The notes: generated by a model not told the origin, from the sequence alone. DNA of 64,000 bases from an uncultured Acidobacteriaceae bacterium (GCA_963742455.1 CAVULU010000008.1:10593-74592), one strand, 5' to 3'. Counted from the stretch's first letter, positions 10,783-24,313 are shown. A program made the numbers and translations.

Positions 10783-12054
10783 CTATGCATAGATCCCGCG
10801 TTGCTTGATCGTGAAGGCCACGCGATCGATGGCCAGCATGTAGGCTGCGATCCGGTTATTCACGTTGTGAGCCTCGGCGTATCGAACCACGTCGTCGAAG
10901 CTGTCGCGGAGAATCTGCTCCAACTGTTCGTTGACGATCGCTTCCTTCCAGAAGTAGCCCTGTCGATCCTGCACCCACTCAAAATAGCTGGCTGTGACGC
11001 CGCCTGAGTTGGCGAGAATATCGGGCACGATAAAGATGCGCTTGTCAGCGAGGATTTCGTCGGCGACGGCGGTGGTTGGACCGTTGGCGCCTTCCACAAT
11101 GATGCGCGCCTTGATCCTCTCGGCATTGCGGCTGGTGATCACGTTCTCGGTCGCTGCCGGAATCAATACGTCGCAATCGGAGACGATCAATTCCTCGCTG
11201 GGCATGGCCTCAGCGCCGCGGAAGCCAAGGAGCGTTCCATTGCGGTATTTGTATTCGACCAGTTGGTGAATATCGATGCCGTTCGGATTTGAAAGGCCAC
11301 CTTCCTTCTCGGCGATACCGACAATCTTGTAACCGTGCTCCATCATCAGGCGCGCGGCGTTTGAGCCCACGTTGCCAAAGCCCTGGATGATGACGCGGCA
11401 GCCATCGATGGGCAGGTTCAGATAGCGGAGGCTCTCATCGCACACCACCATCACACCGCGGCCCGTTGCCTCAACGCGTCCGCGCGATCCGCCAATGTTC
11501 AGCGGCTTGCCGGTTACAACGCTGGTCACAGTATGGCCCACATGCATGGAATAGGTATCCATGATCCATGCCATGGTTTGCTCGTTGGTGTTTACATCCG
11601 GCGCGGGCACATCTTTTTCCGGCCCGATGAAGTCGATGATCTCCGAGGTATACCGGCGCGTCATGCGCTCCAGTTCGCCCTGGCTCATCTTTTTGGGATC
11701 GCAGATCACTCCTCCTTTGGCTCCCCCGAAAGGAATGTTCACCACTGCGCATTTCCATGTCATCCAGCTTGCCAGCGCCCGCACTTCGTCGAGCGTGACT
11801 TCAGGTGCGTAACGGATGCCGCCTTTTCCAGGACCGCGTGCAATAGAGTGTTGAACCCGGAATCCTGTAAATATCTCAATGCGACCATCATCCATGGTCA
11901 CAGGAAAGTGAACGATAATTTCGCGCGCGGGCGTTCGCAGCAGCTTCCAGAGCCCTTCATCCAAATTGAGCTTCCGTGCTGCGAAATCGAACCGCGCGCT
12001 TTGCGCTTCCCAGGGGTTAATCTCCTGGTCCAATGTCATTGTTGCTGGTGCCAT
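10783..12054 (-). CDS. gdhA: Glu/Leu/Phe/Val dehydrogenase (glutamate dehydrogenase)
   Basis: [16 protein letters not shown]...[18 protein letters not shown]...GGS.GR..ATGRG, QGFGNVG, EGANGP, PDILAN.GGV..SYFEW. Start at ATG 12054, 6 nt after GGAG. Confidence 0.93.
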   Translation of the reverse strand: MAPATMTLDQEINPWEAQSARFDFAARKLNLDEGLWKLLRTPAREIIVHFPVTMDDGRIEIFTGFRVQHSIARGPGKGGIRYAPEVTLDEVRALASWMTWKCAVVNIPFGGAKGGVICDPKKMSQGELERMTRRYTSEIIDFIGPEKDVPAPDVNTNEQTMAWIMDTYSMHVGHTVTSVVTGKPLNIGGSRGRVEATGRGVMVVCDESLRYLNLPIDGCRVIIQGFGNVGSNAARLMMEHGYKIVGIAEKEGGLSNPNGIDIHQLVEYKYRNGTLLGFRGAEAMPSEELIVSDCDVLIPAATENVITSRNAERIKARIIVEGANGPTTAVADEILADKRIFIVPDILANSGGVTASYFEWVQDRQGYFWKEAIVNEQLEQILRDSFDDVVRYAEAHNVNNRIAAYMLAIDRVAFTIKQRGIYA

Positions 12055-12232
12055 TACCATCTCCAATTCTTTCGCCCGCCGCGGAAAGGCCTGAGGCCCT
12101 TTCAAGAGCCGACTTATAGACGCGGCGAGATTTCCCCGGTTAAAGGGCAATTCTCTTGTTTATGCACTCCGGGATCCCCCTGAGGCTTTCGTCCAGGCCC
12201 TGAAACCACCAACATTTGCCCAAACCCATGTG

Positions 12233-12261
12233 AGTCTAGGCCTCCAGCACAGCCCCGTCAA
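12233..12261 (-). promoter_or_regulatory. Putative sigma70 promoter for gdh (TTGACG-N17-TAGACT)
   Basis: Near-consensus -35 and -10 hexamers with 17-nt spacing on the minus strand, about 180 nt upstream of the gdh start. Confidence 0.55.
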
Positions 12262-12612
12262 GGCGGGGCGAACCAGCCTGGGAACCCCTTGGTACCGCAT
12301 GGAAACAGAACAGTTGCGCCCATCATGCTATCCAGATGCATCGGGGGTAGGAAGCAAACCGGGGCCAGCGACTCTTCCTTGATTTTCTGGGTACGATCGG
12401 TGCTTCTATCGCGCATATGGACAGCGGAATGGGTGCGGCTAACGATAAAATAGTTATGCCCTACAACGTTGGTAATGGAGATCTTGTCGGAGGCGGTCTC
12501 ATCCGTAATTGGTTGGGCTAGACTCATTTTGAACCCAATGGCCTACTCCAACCACAATTATCCGGTAGCACTTGTGCCGGAAGCCGTTTTCGCCGCAACA
12601 CCCGGAGAACAG

Positions 12613-13803
12613 ATGCCATCTGGTGACAGGATCGTATTGATTGACGATGACCGGGTCGTCGGCGAAATTGTCTCTGCCCTGGCTAAGGCGATGGGGTTGC
12701 AGTGCGATATAACCCGCACACCGGGGCAGTTCTTCGAGCGCATAGGCCCGCACACGACGCTGATTCTGCTTGATCTCGTCATGCCGGAGATGGATGGAAT
12801 CGAAATCCTCCGCCTGCTGGGTGAAAGAAACTGCAAGGCAAGCATCGTCTTGATGAGCGGAATTAACATCCGCGTGATTGAGACAGCCAAAAAGCTGGCC
12901 CAGTCCCTCGGCCTCTCCGTGGTGGGTCACCTTCAAAAGCCTTTTCCTATTTCACAATTGCAGGACCTGCTCGGCGCCAATATTGCCCCTGAGAAGCCTG
13001 CTGAAAAGCAGAGCGAGCAACGGATTGCGATTTCTGACGAAGATTTGCGGCGCGCCTTCGATCGGGACGAGTTCGTGATCTACTACCAGCCACAAATCAA
13101 CATCTCTACCGGAATCGTCACCGGAGTTGAAGCTCTTTCTCGATGGCAGCATCCGGACCTCGGGCTGGTTTTCCCGGATAACTTCATCTTCAGAATTGAA
13201 GACCTCGGGCTGATGGACCGATTCTGCTGGATTACCGCCGAACGCGCACTCAACGAGGTGAAGCAATTTTCGGCTTCCCACGGCCACCTGCCCCGGCTTG
13301 CAATCAATATTTCCGTCAGTTCGCTCCGCGATCTGAAGTTCCCCGATATTCTGATGAACCTCGCACGCAAGTATGACTTCCCGGCTGAGCGCATCGTTCT
13401 CGAGATTACGGAATCGGGCCTGATGGAATTCTCTCTCGCACTCGATGTCCTGACCCGTCTGCGGATGCGCAATTTCCAGCTCTCGATCGACGACTTCGGG
13501 ACTGGCTACTCCATGATGAAGCAGTTGCAGAACGTTCCTGCAATCGAACTCAAGATCGACAGAACGTTTGTGAAGCACATGCACGCCAATCATTCGGACC
13601 TGGTGATGGTTGAAAAGATCATTGAAATGGGCCATGAACTCGACATGGAAGTCATTGCCGAGGGAGTCGAAACCGAAGAGCAGTTCAGGATCCTGCGCGA
13701 AAAGGGTTGCGATGGCGTTCAAGGATTTCTCTTCAGCCGCGCTCTTCCTCCGATGGAAATCATTCGCTGGCTTGAATCCCATCGCGCCCAGCAAGTACAG
13801 TAA
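12613..13803 (+). CDS. Response regulator with REC + EAL (c-di-GMP phosphodiesterase) domains
   Basis: IVLIDDD, LLDLVMPEMDG receiver; YYQPQ, EAL, INIS, LEITE, IDDFGTGYS, ELKID, AEGVE, QG motifs. Start chosen at ATG 12613 (GGAG RBS); ORF is open from 12469. Confidence 0.92.
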   Translation: MPSGDRIVLIDDDRVVGEIVSALAKAMGLQCDITRTPGQFFERIGPHTTLILLDLVMPEMDGIEILRLLGERNCKASIVLMSGINIRVIETAKKLAQSLGLSVVGHLQKPFPISQLQDLLGANIAPEKPAEKQSEQRIAISDEDLRRAFDRDEFVIYYQPQINISTGIVTGVEALSRWQHPDLGLVFPDNFIFRIEDLGLMDRFCWITAERALNEVKQFSASHGHLPRLAINISVSSLRDLKFPDILMNLARKYDFPAERIVLEITESGLMEFSLALDVLTRLRMRNFQLSIDDFGTGYSMMKQLQNVPAIELKIDRTFVKHMHANHSDLVMVEKIIEMGHELDMEVIAEGVETEEQFRILREKGCDGVQGFLFSRALPPMEIIRWLESHRAQQVQ

Positions 13804-13920
13804 TCCCGTCGCCTTTCATACGGATCGCAAGTTTCAGAAACAATCCCACTTCATTCAGTTCTATCTGTAACGCGCTTTGTTCGCGATTATCGAAGGACGC
13901 TCTGGCGACAGGAGACGCTA

Positions 13921-15915
13921 ATGCGTAGACTCGCAGGCGCGGTGCTTGCTGCTTCACTTCTGCTCACCATGCGGACTGGCGTTACACAGACTGCGACCCC
14001 CAAAACGCCGGCGGCGACCAGCCAGATCGCACAACCGCAGGCTATGCAGCCGGGTACCAGTGCTCCGACGCCGATCCATTCGCTAGACCAAGCCGACCTC
14101 ACCGCATTTTTCGACGGTATTCTGCCCCTGCAACTTGAGCGAAGCGACATCGCCGGCGCCTCGGTGCTTGTAATGAAAGACGGCAATGTGCTGCTCCAGA
14201 AAGGCTATGGATACGCTGACGTCAAATCGAAGAAGCCGGTCGATCCGACGTCGACCATCTTTCGCCTCGCGTCGATCTCGAAGCTTTTTACGTGGGTCTC
14301 CGTCATGCAACTCGAAGAGCAGGGCAAGCTCAACCTCGACACCGACGTCAATCAGTATCTCGACTTCCCCATCCGTCCCGCCTTCAACAAGCCGATCACG
14401 CTTCGAAACCTGATGACGCATACCGGCGGCTTTGAAGAGACCGGCAACGACATCATCATCACCGATCCCAAACAAGCCGTTTCGCTGCGCGACTATCTCA
14501 TTGCCAATCAGCCAATGCGTATTTACCCGCCGGGCGAGATTCCGGCTTACTCCAATTACGGCGTGGGACTGGCGAGCTACATCGTCCAGCGCATCAGCGG
14601 AGAGCCGTTCGAGCAATACGTGCAGGAACACATCTTCGTGCCGCTGGGAATGACGCATTCGTCGTTCTATCAACCGCTGCAGAAGCCCCTGGCGAGCCTG
14701 CCGTCCGAGGGCTATCGGTCGAATACAACCAAGCCTGCGGTCGGCTTCGAGATTTTCAACCCGGTCGGCGCAGGCGGCGTCTCCTCCAGCGCTGCCGATA
14801 TGGGCCGGTTCGGACAGGCGCTGCTTAATGGCGGAGAACTCGACGGCAAGCGCATTCTCAGATCGGAAACTCTCGCCCTGATGTGGATGCCGCAGTTCCG
14901 CGCCAGCGATCGACTGCCCCCCATCTGCATGGGCTTCTACCAGGACTGGCGCAATCATCTGCGCTGGATCGGCCACGAGGGCGACCTCATCGCTTTTCAT
15001 AGTTTGTTCTTCGTTGAACCAACGCAGAAGATCGTACTATTTGTGTCCTACAATTCCGCCGGCGGTGGGAGCGAGCCCCGACCTGAAATTATCAACTTCT
15101 TCTCAGACCGCTATTTCCCCGGTGCACCCGATGTGCAGTATCTGAAGACGCCTGCGAAAGATCTGAAGAGTATCGAAGGCACATACCAATCCACGCGCCG
15201 TGACGACACAACAAAACTCAAGCTAGCGACGCTTTTCAGTCAGCGCAGCGCGTCCGTCGATAAAGACGGCGTCCTCACGATCAGCGGGGCAAAAGACCTT
15301 CGCGGTCATCCGGTCAAAATGAAACCGATCGGCAGGGATTTATGGCAGGCTGAAGGCGAACAGCAACGCATCTTTGCGATCCGTGACGCTGACAACAAGG
15401 TGGTGCGCCTCGCCGTGGATTTCCCCGGAGTTCAACTTCAGCGCGTGCCCTGGTACGAAAACCAGATTTGGGTAATGATCGCGCTGTGGTCGAGCATAGG
15501 CATTCTCGTGCTGGTTATACTCGCAAGCATCATCCGCACTTGGAGACGTCTTTTTCAGCGCAGAAGGCCGCGCCCAGAACCACAACCGGGGACCATCTGG
15601 GTTACGGCTACGCCACGCATGGCAGCCTTCCTGTGGGTCTTGTTTCTGGGCACGCTTCTCGGCTATTTTGCGGTGAAAGGCGACGACATGATGCCTCCCA
15701 CTCCCGCGTGGTTCAAGTGGTTCGTGCTGGAGAATTTTGTTGCGATGCTGGCAATCGTCATCAGCACGCTCGCCGTGATTGCCGGATTCGACGCGTGGAG
15801 CAGGAACATTCGCGTGATTACAAAGCTGAAGTTCACCTTTGTCGCGCTCGCCTGCGCGTTCCTGATTTGGTTTGCCATTCATTGGCACATCATCGGACCT
15901 ACGAATCGCATTTAG
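13921..15915 (+). CDS. Serine hydrolase, beta-lactamase class C-like, with C-terminal TM helices
   Basis: Signal peptide, SxxK (ASISKLF), YSNYG, LMTHTGG, GHEGD; three C-terminal hydrophobic segments. Confidence 0.88.
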   Translation: MRRLAGAVLAASLLLTMRTGVTQTATPKTPAATSQIAQPQAMQPGTSAPTPIHSLDQADLTAFFDGILPLQLERSDIAGASVLVMKDGNVLLQKGYGYADVKSKKPVDPTSTIFRLASISKLFTWVSVMQLEEQGKLNLDTDVNQYLDFPIRPAFNKPITLRNLMTHTGGFEETGNDIIITDPKQAVSLRDYLIANQPMRIYPPGEIPAYSNYGVGLASYIVQRISGEPFEQYVQEHIFVPLGMTHSSFYQPLQKPLASLPSEGYRSNTTKPAVGFEIFNPVGAGGVSSSAADMGRFGQALLNGGELDGKRILRSETLALMWMPQFRASDRLPPICMGFYQDWRNHLRWIGHEGDLIAFHSLFFVEPTQKIVLFVSYNSAGGGSEPRPEIINFFSDRYFPGAPDVQYLKTPAKDLKSIEGTYQSTRRDDTTKLKLATLFSQRSASVDKDGVLTISGAKDLRGHPVKMKPIGRDLWQAEGEQQRIFAIRDADNKVVRLAVDFPGVQLQRVPWYENQIWVMIALWSSIGILVLVILASIIRTWRRLFQRRRPRPEPQPGTIWVTATPRMAAFLWVLFLGTLLGYFAVKGDDMMPPTPAWFKWFVLENFVAMLAIVISTLAVIAGFDAWSRNIRVITKLKFTFVALACAFLIWFAIHWHIIGPTNRI

Positions 15916-15976
15916 GCCACGCTGTCCTCTCACCAGCCAATATCGAGAGGGAATCGGTGCAATTACACTGGAGGCT

Positions 15977-17506
15977 GTGAAGCCCGCATCGAGTCTCATT
16001 CTGCCCAGCCGCAAGGACTTCCTGGCTCTCGCCAAGAAGCACACGCTCGTCCCCGTCTACCGCACGCTCACGGCCGATCTTGAAACCCCGGTATCGGCAT
16101 TCCTGCGTGCGGCGTGGCAGGAGCGCGAATGCTTTTTGCTGGAGTCGGTTGAGAATGGCGAACAGGTGGGCCGCTATACCTTCATCGGGCTCAACCCGTA
16201 CAAGCGCATCGTCGCGCGCGATCAACAGATTGACATCACCGAAGCTGGGCGAACCACCCGCATTGAAGGCGACATTTTCCATGTTCTGCGTGAAGCGCTC
16301 AGCGGACATAAACCAGCTCGCATCGCGGGACTGCCTCCCTTCACCGCCGGCGCCGTCGGATTCTTTGCTTACGACGCGGTCCGCCAGATCGAGCGCCTGC
16401 CCAACCACGCCAAAGATGAGCTTGGAGTTCCCGATGCTTGCCTGCTCTTCTTCGACGAGGTGCTGGCGTTCGATCACGTGCGCAAGCAGATCTGGATGGT
16501 CGCCACCGCCGACCTTACGCTCGCCAAACCCGATGAGGCTTATGCGAGGGCGGTAAGACGACTGGCAGCGCTGGAAAAACGCCTCGCGAAGCCCCTCCCG
16601 AAGCTGCCGCGGACACGAGGTGCAAAGCGAGTCGAAGTGAAGCGCCGTACCAGTAAGCGAAATTTTCTTGCCGCCGTCGAGCGCACGAAGGAATACATCG
16701 CGGCGGGCGACATTTTTCAGGCGGTGCTGTCGCAGCGGCTCGATGTGTCCACAGGCATGGACACTTTCCAGGTTTATCGCTCGCTGCGGACCGTGAATCC
16801 GAGCCCATACATGTACTTCCTCCGCTTCACTCCGGATGGACCGCTGGGCTCGACAAAAAAGACGAAACAGTCCAACAGCATCGAGCTTGCCGGCTCATCG
16901 CCGGAGCTTCTGGTTCGCGTACACGATCGCAAAGTCGAATACCGGCCTATCGCCGGAACGCGTCCGCGCGGCGCAAACGAAACCGAAGACCTTCGGCTCG
17001 AAGAAGAGATGATGCATGATGACAAGGAGCGCGCCGAACACGTGATGCTTGTTGACCTGGGGCGCAACGATGTTGGACGCGTCAGCGACTTCGGCAGCGT
17101 GAAAGTTGATCGCCTGATGTTCGTCGAGCGCTACAGCCACGTGATGCACATCGTCAGTACCATTGAAGGCAAACTGAGGCCCGAGCTGACTGCTGTAGAT
17201 GCGCTGCGCGCCTGCTTCCCTGCCGGCACGCTATCGGGTGCGCCAAAAGTTCGCGCGATGGAAATCATTGAAGAGCTCGAGCCCTCGCGCCGTGGCACCT
17301 ACGGCGGAGCCGTGCTTTACGCCGACTTTTCCGGAAACCTCGACTCCTGCATTGCGATTCGTTCGCTGCTCCAAACCGGCGGTAAGGGATACGTACAGGC
17401 CGGTGCGGGCATCGTAGCCGATTCAGTTCCCGAACTCGAGCACGCTGAGTCCCTCAACAAGGCGCAGGCAGTGATTCGAGCGATCGAGCGCGCCCGCGAG
17501 CTGTAA
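15977..17506 (+). CDS. trpE: Anthranilate synthase component I family protein
   Basis: DLETPVSAF, FLLES, GRYTFIG, GDIFQAVLSQR, NPSPYMY, SSPE, PIAGTR, EHVMLVDLGRND, FPAGTLSGAPK, QAGAGIVADS. Confidence 0.92.
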   Translation: MKPASSLILPSRKDFLALAKKHTLVPVYRTLTADLETPVSAFLRAAWQERECFLLESVENGEQVGRYTFIGLNPYKRIVARDQQIDITEAGRTTRIEGDIFHVLREALSGHKPARIAGLPPFTAGAVGFFAYDAVRQIERLPNHAKDELGVPDACLLFFDEVLAFDHVRKQIWMVATADLTLAKPDEAYARAVRRLAALEKRLAKPLPKLPRTRGAKRVEVKRRTSKRNFLAAVERTKEYIAAGDIFQAVLSQRLDVSTGMDTFQVYRSLRTVNPSPYMYFLRFTPDGPLGSTKKTKQSNSIELAGSSPELLVRVHDRKVEYRPIAGTRPRGANETEDLRLEEEMMHDDKERAEHVMLVDLGRNDVGRVSDFGSVKVDRLMFVERYSHVMHIVSTIEGKLRPELTAVDALRACFPAGTLSGAPKVRAMEIIEELEPSRRGTYGGAVLYADFSGNLDSCIAIRSLLQTGGKGYVQAGAGIVADSVPELEHAESLNKAQAVIRAIERAREL

Positions 17507-17661
17507 GCGAAGCAAAAATCAGTTCCAGGCTTGATGTCGCCAGAAAGGCAGTCGGGCCTCCTCAAATCCGAGCGCCGAAGCCTTTTGCTCCCCATTCTGC
17601 ATCTATGCCTAAACGGATCGCAGTCGGCTCAATCTTGTTGCTGCGTCCGCCGAGTCGCCTG

Positions 17662-18507
17662 ATGCCAACTGTAGACACGCACGATGCCGAAGAGCAGCAG
17701 CCCTCTGGCTTAAGTCAGCAGAAGGACCTGGAGCGTCCTTCCGCCGACGACATCTACGAGCAGGTAGCCACCAGCGCACGGCAGGAACTGGCCCGCTCAT
17801 CGTTCTCGCTGGCCCTGTCGGGGTTCGGCGCCGGCGCTTTCATGGGATTGTCGGCTTTGGGCACCGCGATCGCGCTTGTGTTGATGGGTGCTTCTGAGCA
17901 TGCGCGCATCATCTCGCGGATGTTCTACCCAATTGGATTCATCGTGGTCATCATCGGCCGGTCGCAACTTTTCACTGAGAACACGCTGTATCCGGTGGCC
18001 CTGGTCCTCAGCGAAAAACGGCAGTTCTGGAACACCATGCGCCTTTGGGCGGTAGTGTTGCCAACCAATGTTCTAGGAGCATTTGGCTTTGCAATGCTGG
18101 CGTCCCACACCACGGCGATCGACCCCGCATTCGTCAGCACCATGAGCACGCTTGGCGCAAAGGCACTCGCCCATCCCGCCACGACCGTCTTCTGGTCCGG
18201 CGTAATCGGCGGTTGGATGATTGCGCTGGCTGCGTGGCTCGTCTCAGCATCCCACTCCGTCACGGGATCGGTGATGTTGATATGGATACTGACCTATGTG
18301 GTGGGGCTTGGCGATTTTGCCCACTGCATCGCAAGCTCCTGCGAAATCTTCGTCACGATTCTTACCCACAGCGCGCCGTGGACTGCTTTCCCGGAGTGGT
18401 TCTTTCCGGCGGTCGGGGGCAATATCGTCGGCGGAGTCTGCCTGGTAACGATTCTCGAATACGGCCAGACAATCTACGGCGGCGAAGCGACAAAGCAGGA
18501 CAAGTAG
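17662..18507 (+). CDS. Formate/nitrite transporter (FNT) family protein, YfdC-like
   Basis: Six-TM pattern, QLFTENT, GGWMIAL, AHCIA, GNIVGG. Confidence 0.85.
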   Translation: MPTVDTHDAEEQQPSGLSQQKDLERPSADDIYEQVATSARQELARSSFSLALSGFGAGAFMGLSALGTAIALVLMGASEHARIISRMFYPIGFIVVIIGRSQLFTENTLYPVALVLSEKRQFWNTMRLWAVVLPTNVLGAFGFAMLASHTTAIDPAFVSTMSTLGAKALAHPATTVFWSGVIGGWMIALAAWLVSASHSVTGSVMLIWILTYVVGLGDFAHCIASSCEIFVTILTHSAPWTAFPEWFFPAVGGNIVGGVCLVTILEYGQTIYGGEATKQDK

Positions 18508-18515
18508 TCTGCGGC

Positions 18516-19622
18516 CTATTCTGCCCCAAACAAGCGTCGAAAGAAGTGGCCCATCCGTGTCACGAAGCCTGGCTTCTTATCGCCTTTGACCTTCGGCGGT
18601 TTCTGAACAGGAGTTACCTGCACGTGGGGCATCGGCGTTCCGCCGGTTGTTGTGATGGTGTCGGTCTCCGGTGGCGGCGCACCGCTTTTGTGCACAAAAG
18701 TGTCTGTCGCTTCAGTGGGTGTGCCTCCGGGAACTTTGCCCGATGGACCGGGCGGAGACAGAGGAGCGAAGCCGGCGCTCTGCGCCTCAGGAAATTCATT
18801 GCTGTTGGGATGGACAGGTGCAGGACAACCGCAGGACTCCTTCTCCTGATCCACGACCGCAAAGACGCTGCCGTGCTGGAACATCACGCGCTGTCCCGGC
18901 TGCACGCGATAGACTCCGCCGTCAAAGACGCTCGTCACCAGCACGTAAGGCGCGTTGACGCCAGCGTTGTCAACGCAGGTGTCACCGTGCTGACCAAGGC
19001 GCACCTTCACATCCGCCGAACCTGGCGCGCCGATCAGGATACGGAAATCGGGCGTCAGCAACACGTCGGAGTTGCGACCAGTGGCAAAGCTCGCCTCGAT
19101 TGCGCCATGATCGATGACCATCATCAACCCAGGAATTTCGCCCTCGGGTGCGCTGGCGTCCGCTGCCAGCTTTACCGTGGTCGCGGCGCAGACGCGCAGC
19201 ACACCGCGACGCGGCAATGTAACCTCGGTCGTATTCGTGCCAGACGTGATGGCGCCGTTTGTGGCGATCATCGCCCGTCCATTCGCCACCTGCAGAGCCC
19301 CTGTGACCAAGGCAGCGCTTCCTGGATCCTTGCTATCGAGCGGGACAATCGCGATGGGTCCTGACTGGGTTGGCCCGTACTGCACTTCGCCAGGGGGAGG
19401 CGTGCCAGACGCAGACTTCTGGGGCGACGCTGCGGACGGGAGCTGTTGCGAGGGGGGTTGCTGAGTTTGCGCTGGAGGAACTGGTGATTCCTGGGGAGTC
19501 GACGCAGGGGATGTCGGCGGCGCTTGCGGCGTTTGCGCCCATGCACAGGTGCCCGCGCAAGCCGCGGCCACGGCAAAAATCCACTGTAACGAGTGTTTCG
19601 CTGACCTTTGCGAATCTTGCAT
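18516..19622 (-). CDS. Hypothetical secreted protein with Pro/Gln-rich linkers and a central beta-rich domain
   Basis: Signal peptide ending AWA-Q, Pro-rich N- and C-flanks, central domain with Cys (VCAATT, TCVDN, SCGCP), basic amphipathic C-terminus. Confidence 0.7.
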   Translation of the reverse strand: MQDSQRSAKHSLQWIFAVAAACAGTCAWAQTPQAPPTSPASTPQESPVPPAQTQQPPSQQLPSAASPQKSASGTPPPGEVQYGPTQSGPIAIVPLDSKDPGSAALVTGALQVANGRAMIATNGAITSGTNTTEVTLPRRGVLRVCAATTVKLAADASAPEGEIPGLMMVIDHGAIEASFATGRNSDVLLTPDFRILIGAPGSADVKVRLGQHGDTCVDNAGVNAPYVLVTSVFDGGVYRVQPGQRVMFQHGSVFAVVDQEKESCGCPAPVHPNSNEFPEAQSAGFAPLSPPGPSGKVPGGTPTEATDTFVHKSGAPPPETDTITTTGGTPMPHVQVTPVQKPPKVKGDKKPGFVTRMGHFFRRLFGAE

Positions 19623-19627
19623 TGCGC

Positions 19628-20218
19628 CTACATTTCCAGGAAGTTGCGAATCATCTGGTGACCGCCTTCGGTCAATACGGACTCGGGATGAAACTGCACG
19701 CCCTCAACTGGCAAGGTGCGGTGGCGCAGCCCCATGATGACAGACCCACCCTTCTTGCCGGTACCGTTGTCTTCGGGTGTGCGGGCCGTAACTTCCAGTT
19801 CCTTTGGCAGCGAATTCTCGGCGACGATCAGCGAGTGATACCGGGTGCAGGTGAGCGGCGTCGGTAATCCGGAAAAAATGCCCTTGCCATCGTGATCAAC
19901 CTTGCTTGTCTTGCCGTGCATCAGGCTGCGCGCGCGCACGACTTGCCCCCCGAACGCTTCTCCGATGGCCTGATGCCCCAGGCAGACACCAAGTATCGGC
20001 GCCTTCCCCACCATGTGCCGGATGAGGGGAACCAGGATGCCTGCTTCGCCCGGCGTACAGGGTCCAGGCGAAAGCAGGATGCGCTCGGGCTTCAGCGCTT
20101 CCACTTCTTCTACCGTCAACTCGTCATTGCGGCGGACCTCAACATCGGCCCCAAGCTCGCCCAGGTACTGAACCAGGTTGTAGGTGAAGGAATCGTAGTT
20201 ATCGAGAACGAAAACCAT
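19628..20218 (-). CDS. trpG: Anthranilate/aminodeoxychorismate synthase component II (glutamine amidotransferase)
   Basis: [45 protein letters not shown]. The ORF-track extension to 20515 overlaps acyP and is not part of the gene. Confidence 0.93.
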   Translation of the reverse strand: MVFVLDNYDSFTYNLVQYLGELGADVEVRRNDELTVEEVEALKPERILLSPGPCTPGEAGILVPLIRHMVGKAPILGVCLGHQAIGEAFGGQVVRARSLMHGKTSKVDHDGKGIFSGLPTPLTCTRYHSLIVAENSLPKELEVTARTPEDNGTGKKGGSVIMGLRHRTLPVEGVQFHPESVLTEGGHQMIRNFLEM

Positions 20219-20261
20219 GGGTGAAACCAGTGTAGCGCGAGCGGCAATCAGGCTGGCGATT

Positions 20262-20546
20262 TCACCAAGCTCCTTCAATGCGGAAAGCGTTGAGGCCTTT
20301 GGCTTCATTGTCGTCGAGATAGTGCTCGATGAGGTGGTCAACGCGGCTGCCGCGCGGACCGCGTCGCAGGCTCTGGCGTAGCTCAGCGAGATCTTCAGCT
20401 CTGCCTGAGGCCACAACCTCGACGTCGCCGTCTTCGGTGTTGCGCACCCAGCCGCGCAAATCCAGTTCGCTGGCTTCGCGGTGCACGAACCAGCGGAAGC
20501 CGACGCCTTGCACACGACCTTGAATCAAGAAATGAAGAACCATCAT
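20262..20546 (-). CDS. acyP: Acylphosphatase
   Basis: [28 protein letters not shown]. Confidence 0.93.
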   Translation of the reverse strand: MMVLHFLIQGRVQGVGFRWFVHREASELDLRGWVRNTEDGDVEVVASGRAEDLAELRQSLRRGPRGSRVDHLIEHYLDDNEAKGLNAFRIEGAW

Positions 20547-20804
20547 TGACGACCAAAGTCAGTCTTTCAAAGCTGCCGCAGGTGTGCAACTCTCGCCGAT
20601 TGACTGCAGTGCACTTCGTCAATCTTCAAAATCCAATAACGTTCGAATATTTCTCCTCGAAGCATCCCTGACAGTCCGTCCAACAGTCAGCGTCGCCTGT
20701 TCTTCTATAATCTGTAGGGAAGCAAACCTGACAATCCTGCTGGTGCCTTCCCCGTATTTCCCTCAAGCTGCGGCTTGAACAAGACCCGAGGAGCGAGCGA
20801 ACGC

Positions 20805-21353
20805 ATGCCCGAAGCAATCAAGCCCATTGATGTAGAAGCCCTGAAGGCGCTGGTACGCACCGTGCCTGATTTTCCAAAGCCCGGAATTCTGTTTTACGAC
20901 ATCACCACGCTGTTGAAAGACAAGACCGGCTTTGCCAAGCTGATCGACTTGCTAGCCGCCCACTACATCGAACACAATATCGACTTGGTGCTTGGCATCG
21001 AAGCACGTGGATTCATCTTTGGGCCAGCGCTCGCCTATCGCCTGAATGCCGGTTTTGTGCCGGTGCGGAAGCCGCGCAAGCTGCCCGCACCTGTCGCTCG
21101 TGTGACCTACGACCTCGAATACGGGTCGGACACGCTCGAGATTCATATGGATGCGATCGAGCCGGGACAGCGGGTTGTGCTGGTCGATGATCTGCTGGCC
21201 ACCGGCGGGACCATGGAAGCAACCGTAAAGCTGGTAAAACAGCTCGGTGGAGAGATTGCCGGCCTTGCGTTTGCCGTGGAACTGGATTTCCTGAAAGGGC
21301 GCGACCGCTTCAAGGAATACGACGTTTTCAGCCTGCTGCACTACGACGAGTAG
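20805..21353 (+). CDS. apt: Adenine phosphoribosyltransferase
   Basis: [40 protein letters not shown] motif [13 protein letters not shown]. Confidence 0.95.
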   Translation: MPEAIKPIDVEALKALVRTVPDFPKPGILFYDITTLLKDKTGFAKLIDLLAAHYIEHNIDLVLGIEARGFIFGPALAYRLNAGFVPVRKPRKLPAPVARVTYDLEYGSDTLEIHMDAIEPGQRVVLVDDLLATGGTMEATVKLVKQLGGEIAGLAFAVELDFLKGRDRFKEYDVFSLLHYDE

Positions 21354-21425
21354 CAAGAAACCCAGCTTGTAGTTGAAGGCGGCGGTCTGTGTCCTCGTTC
21401 GTCCCCAATCTATCTCCGACTCATC

Positions 21426-21527
21426 CGGTCGGGATTTCTGCATTGATTCCTGCGAAATCCCGGCCGAAAACTGCAAATTTTGAAGGGGGGGTGGGGGGTA
21501 CCGATCCAGGTATGAATTACCCCTCCC
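21426..21527. repeat. Palindromic intergenic element: 16-bp stem hairpin plus G7-T-G6 tract
   Basis: CGGTCGGGATTTC(T)GCA...TGCGAAATCCCGGCCG at 21426-21466; GGGGGGGTGGGGGG at 21485-21498, partly complementary to TACCCCTCCC at 21518-21527. Confidence 0.5.
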
Positions 21528-21865
21528 GTTGTAAATCCGTCAGGCATGATCCTTCCGTCACATGGCCGCTCCCGCTGCTCGAATCAATCAGCCGAGTGAT
21601 TTCGATTTCACTTCGAATCCATTGTGCGCCGGGACGTTCTAATTCCCTGCAAAATGGCGGCCATATTTTTGCTCGCGAATGACCGCAGCTCTATTTCTTG
21701 ATGACGATGGCAGGATTCAAAGTGCTCATTCAATGAACGAGGTGGATGCTCGATGTTCACGACCTGACTGGTACATCTGCCAGTTAACAAACACCCAACG
21801 GTCTCTTAGGCTTTGCGCACTTCGACTCGGTTGACTGCCAGTCGACAGCTAGCTAGGAGATCACT

Positions 21866-24313
<2,448 letters not shown>

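Noticed and set aside
20219-20515. Apparent 100-aa N-terminal extension on trpG
   Set aside because: It overlaps acyP in another frame; the canonical [11 protein letters not shown] start is at 20218.
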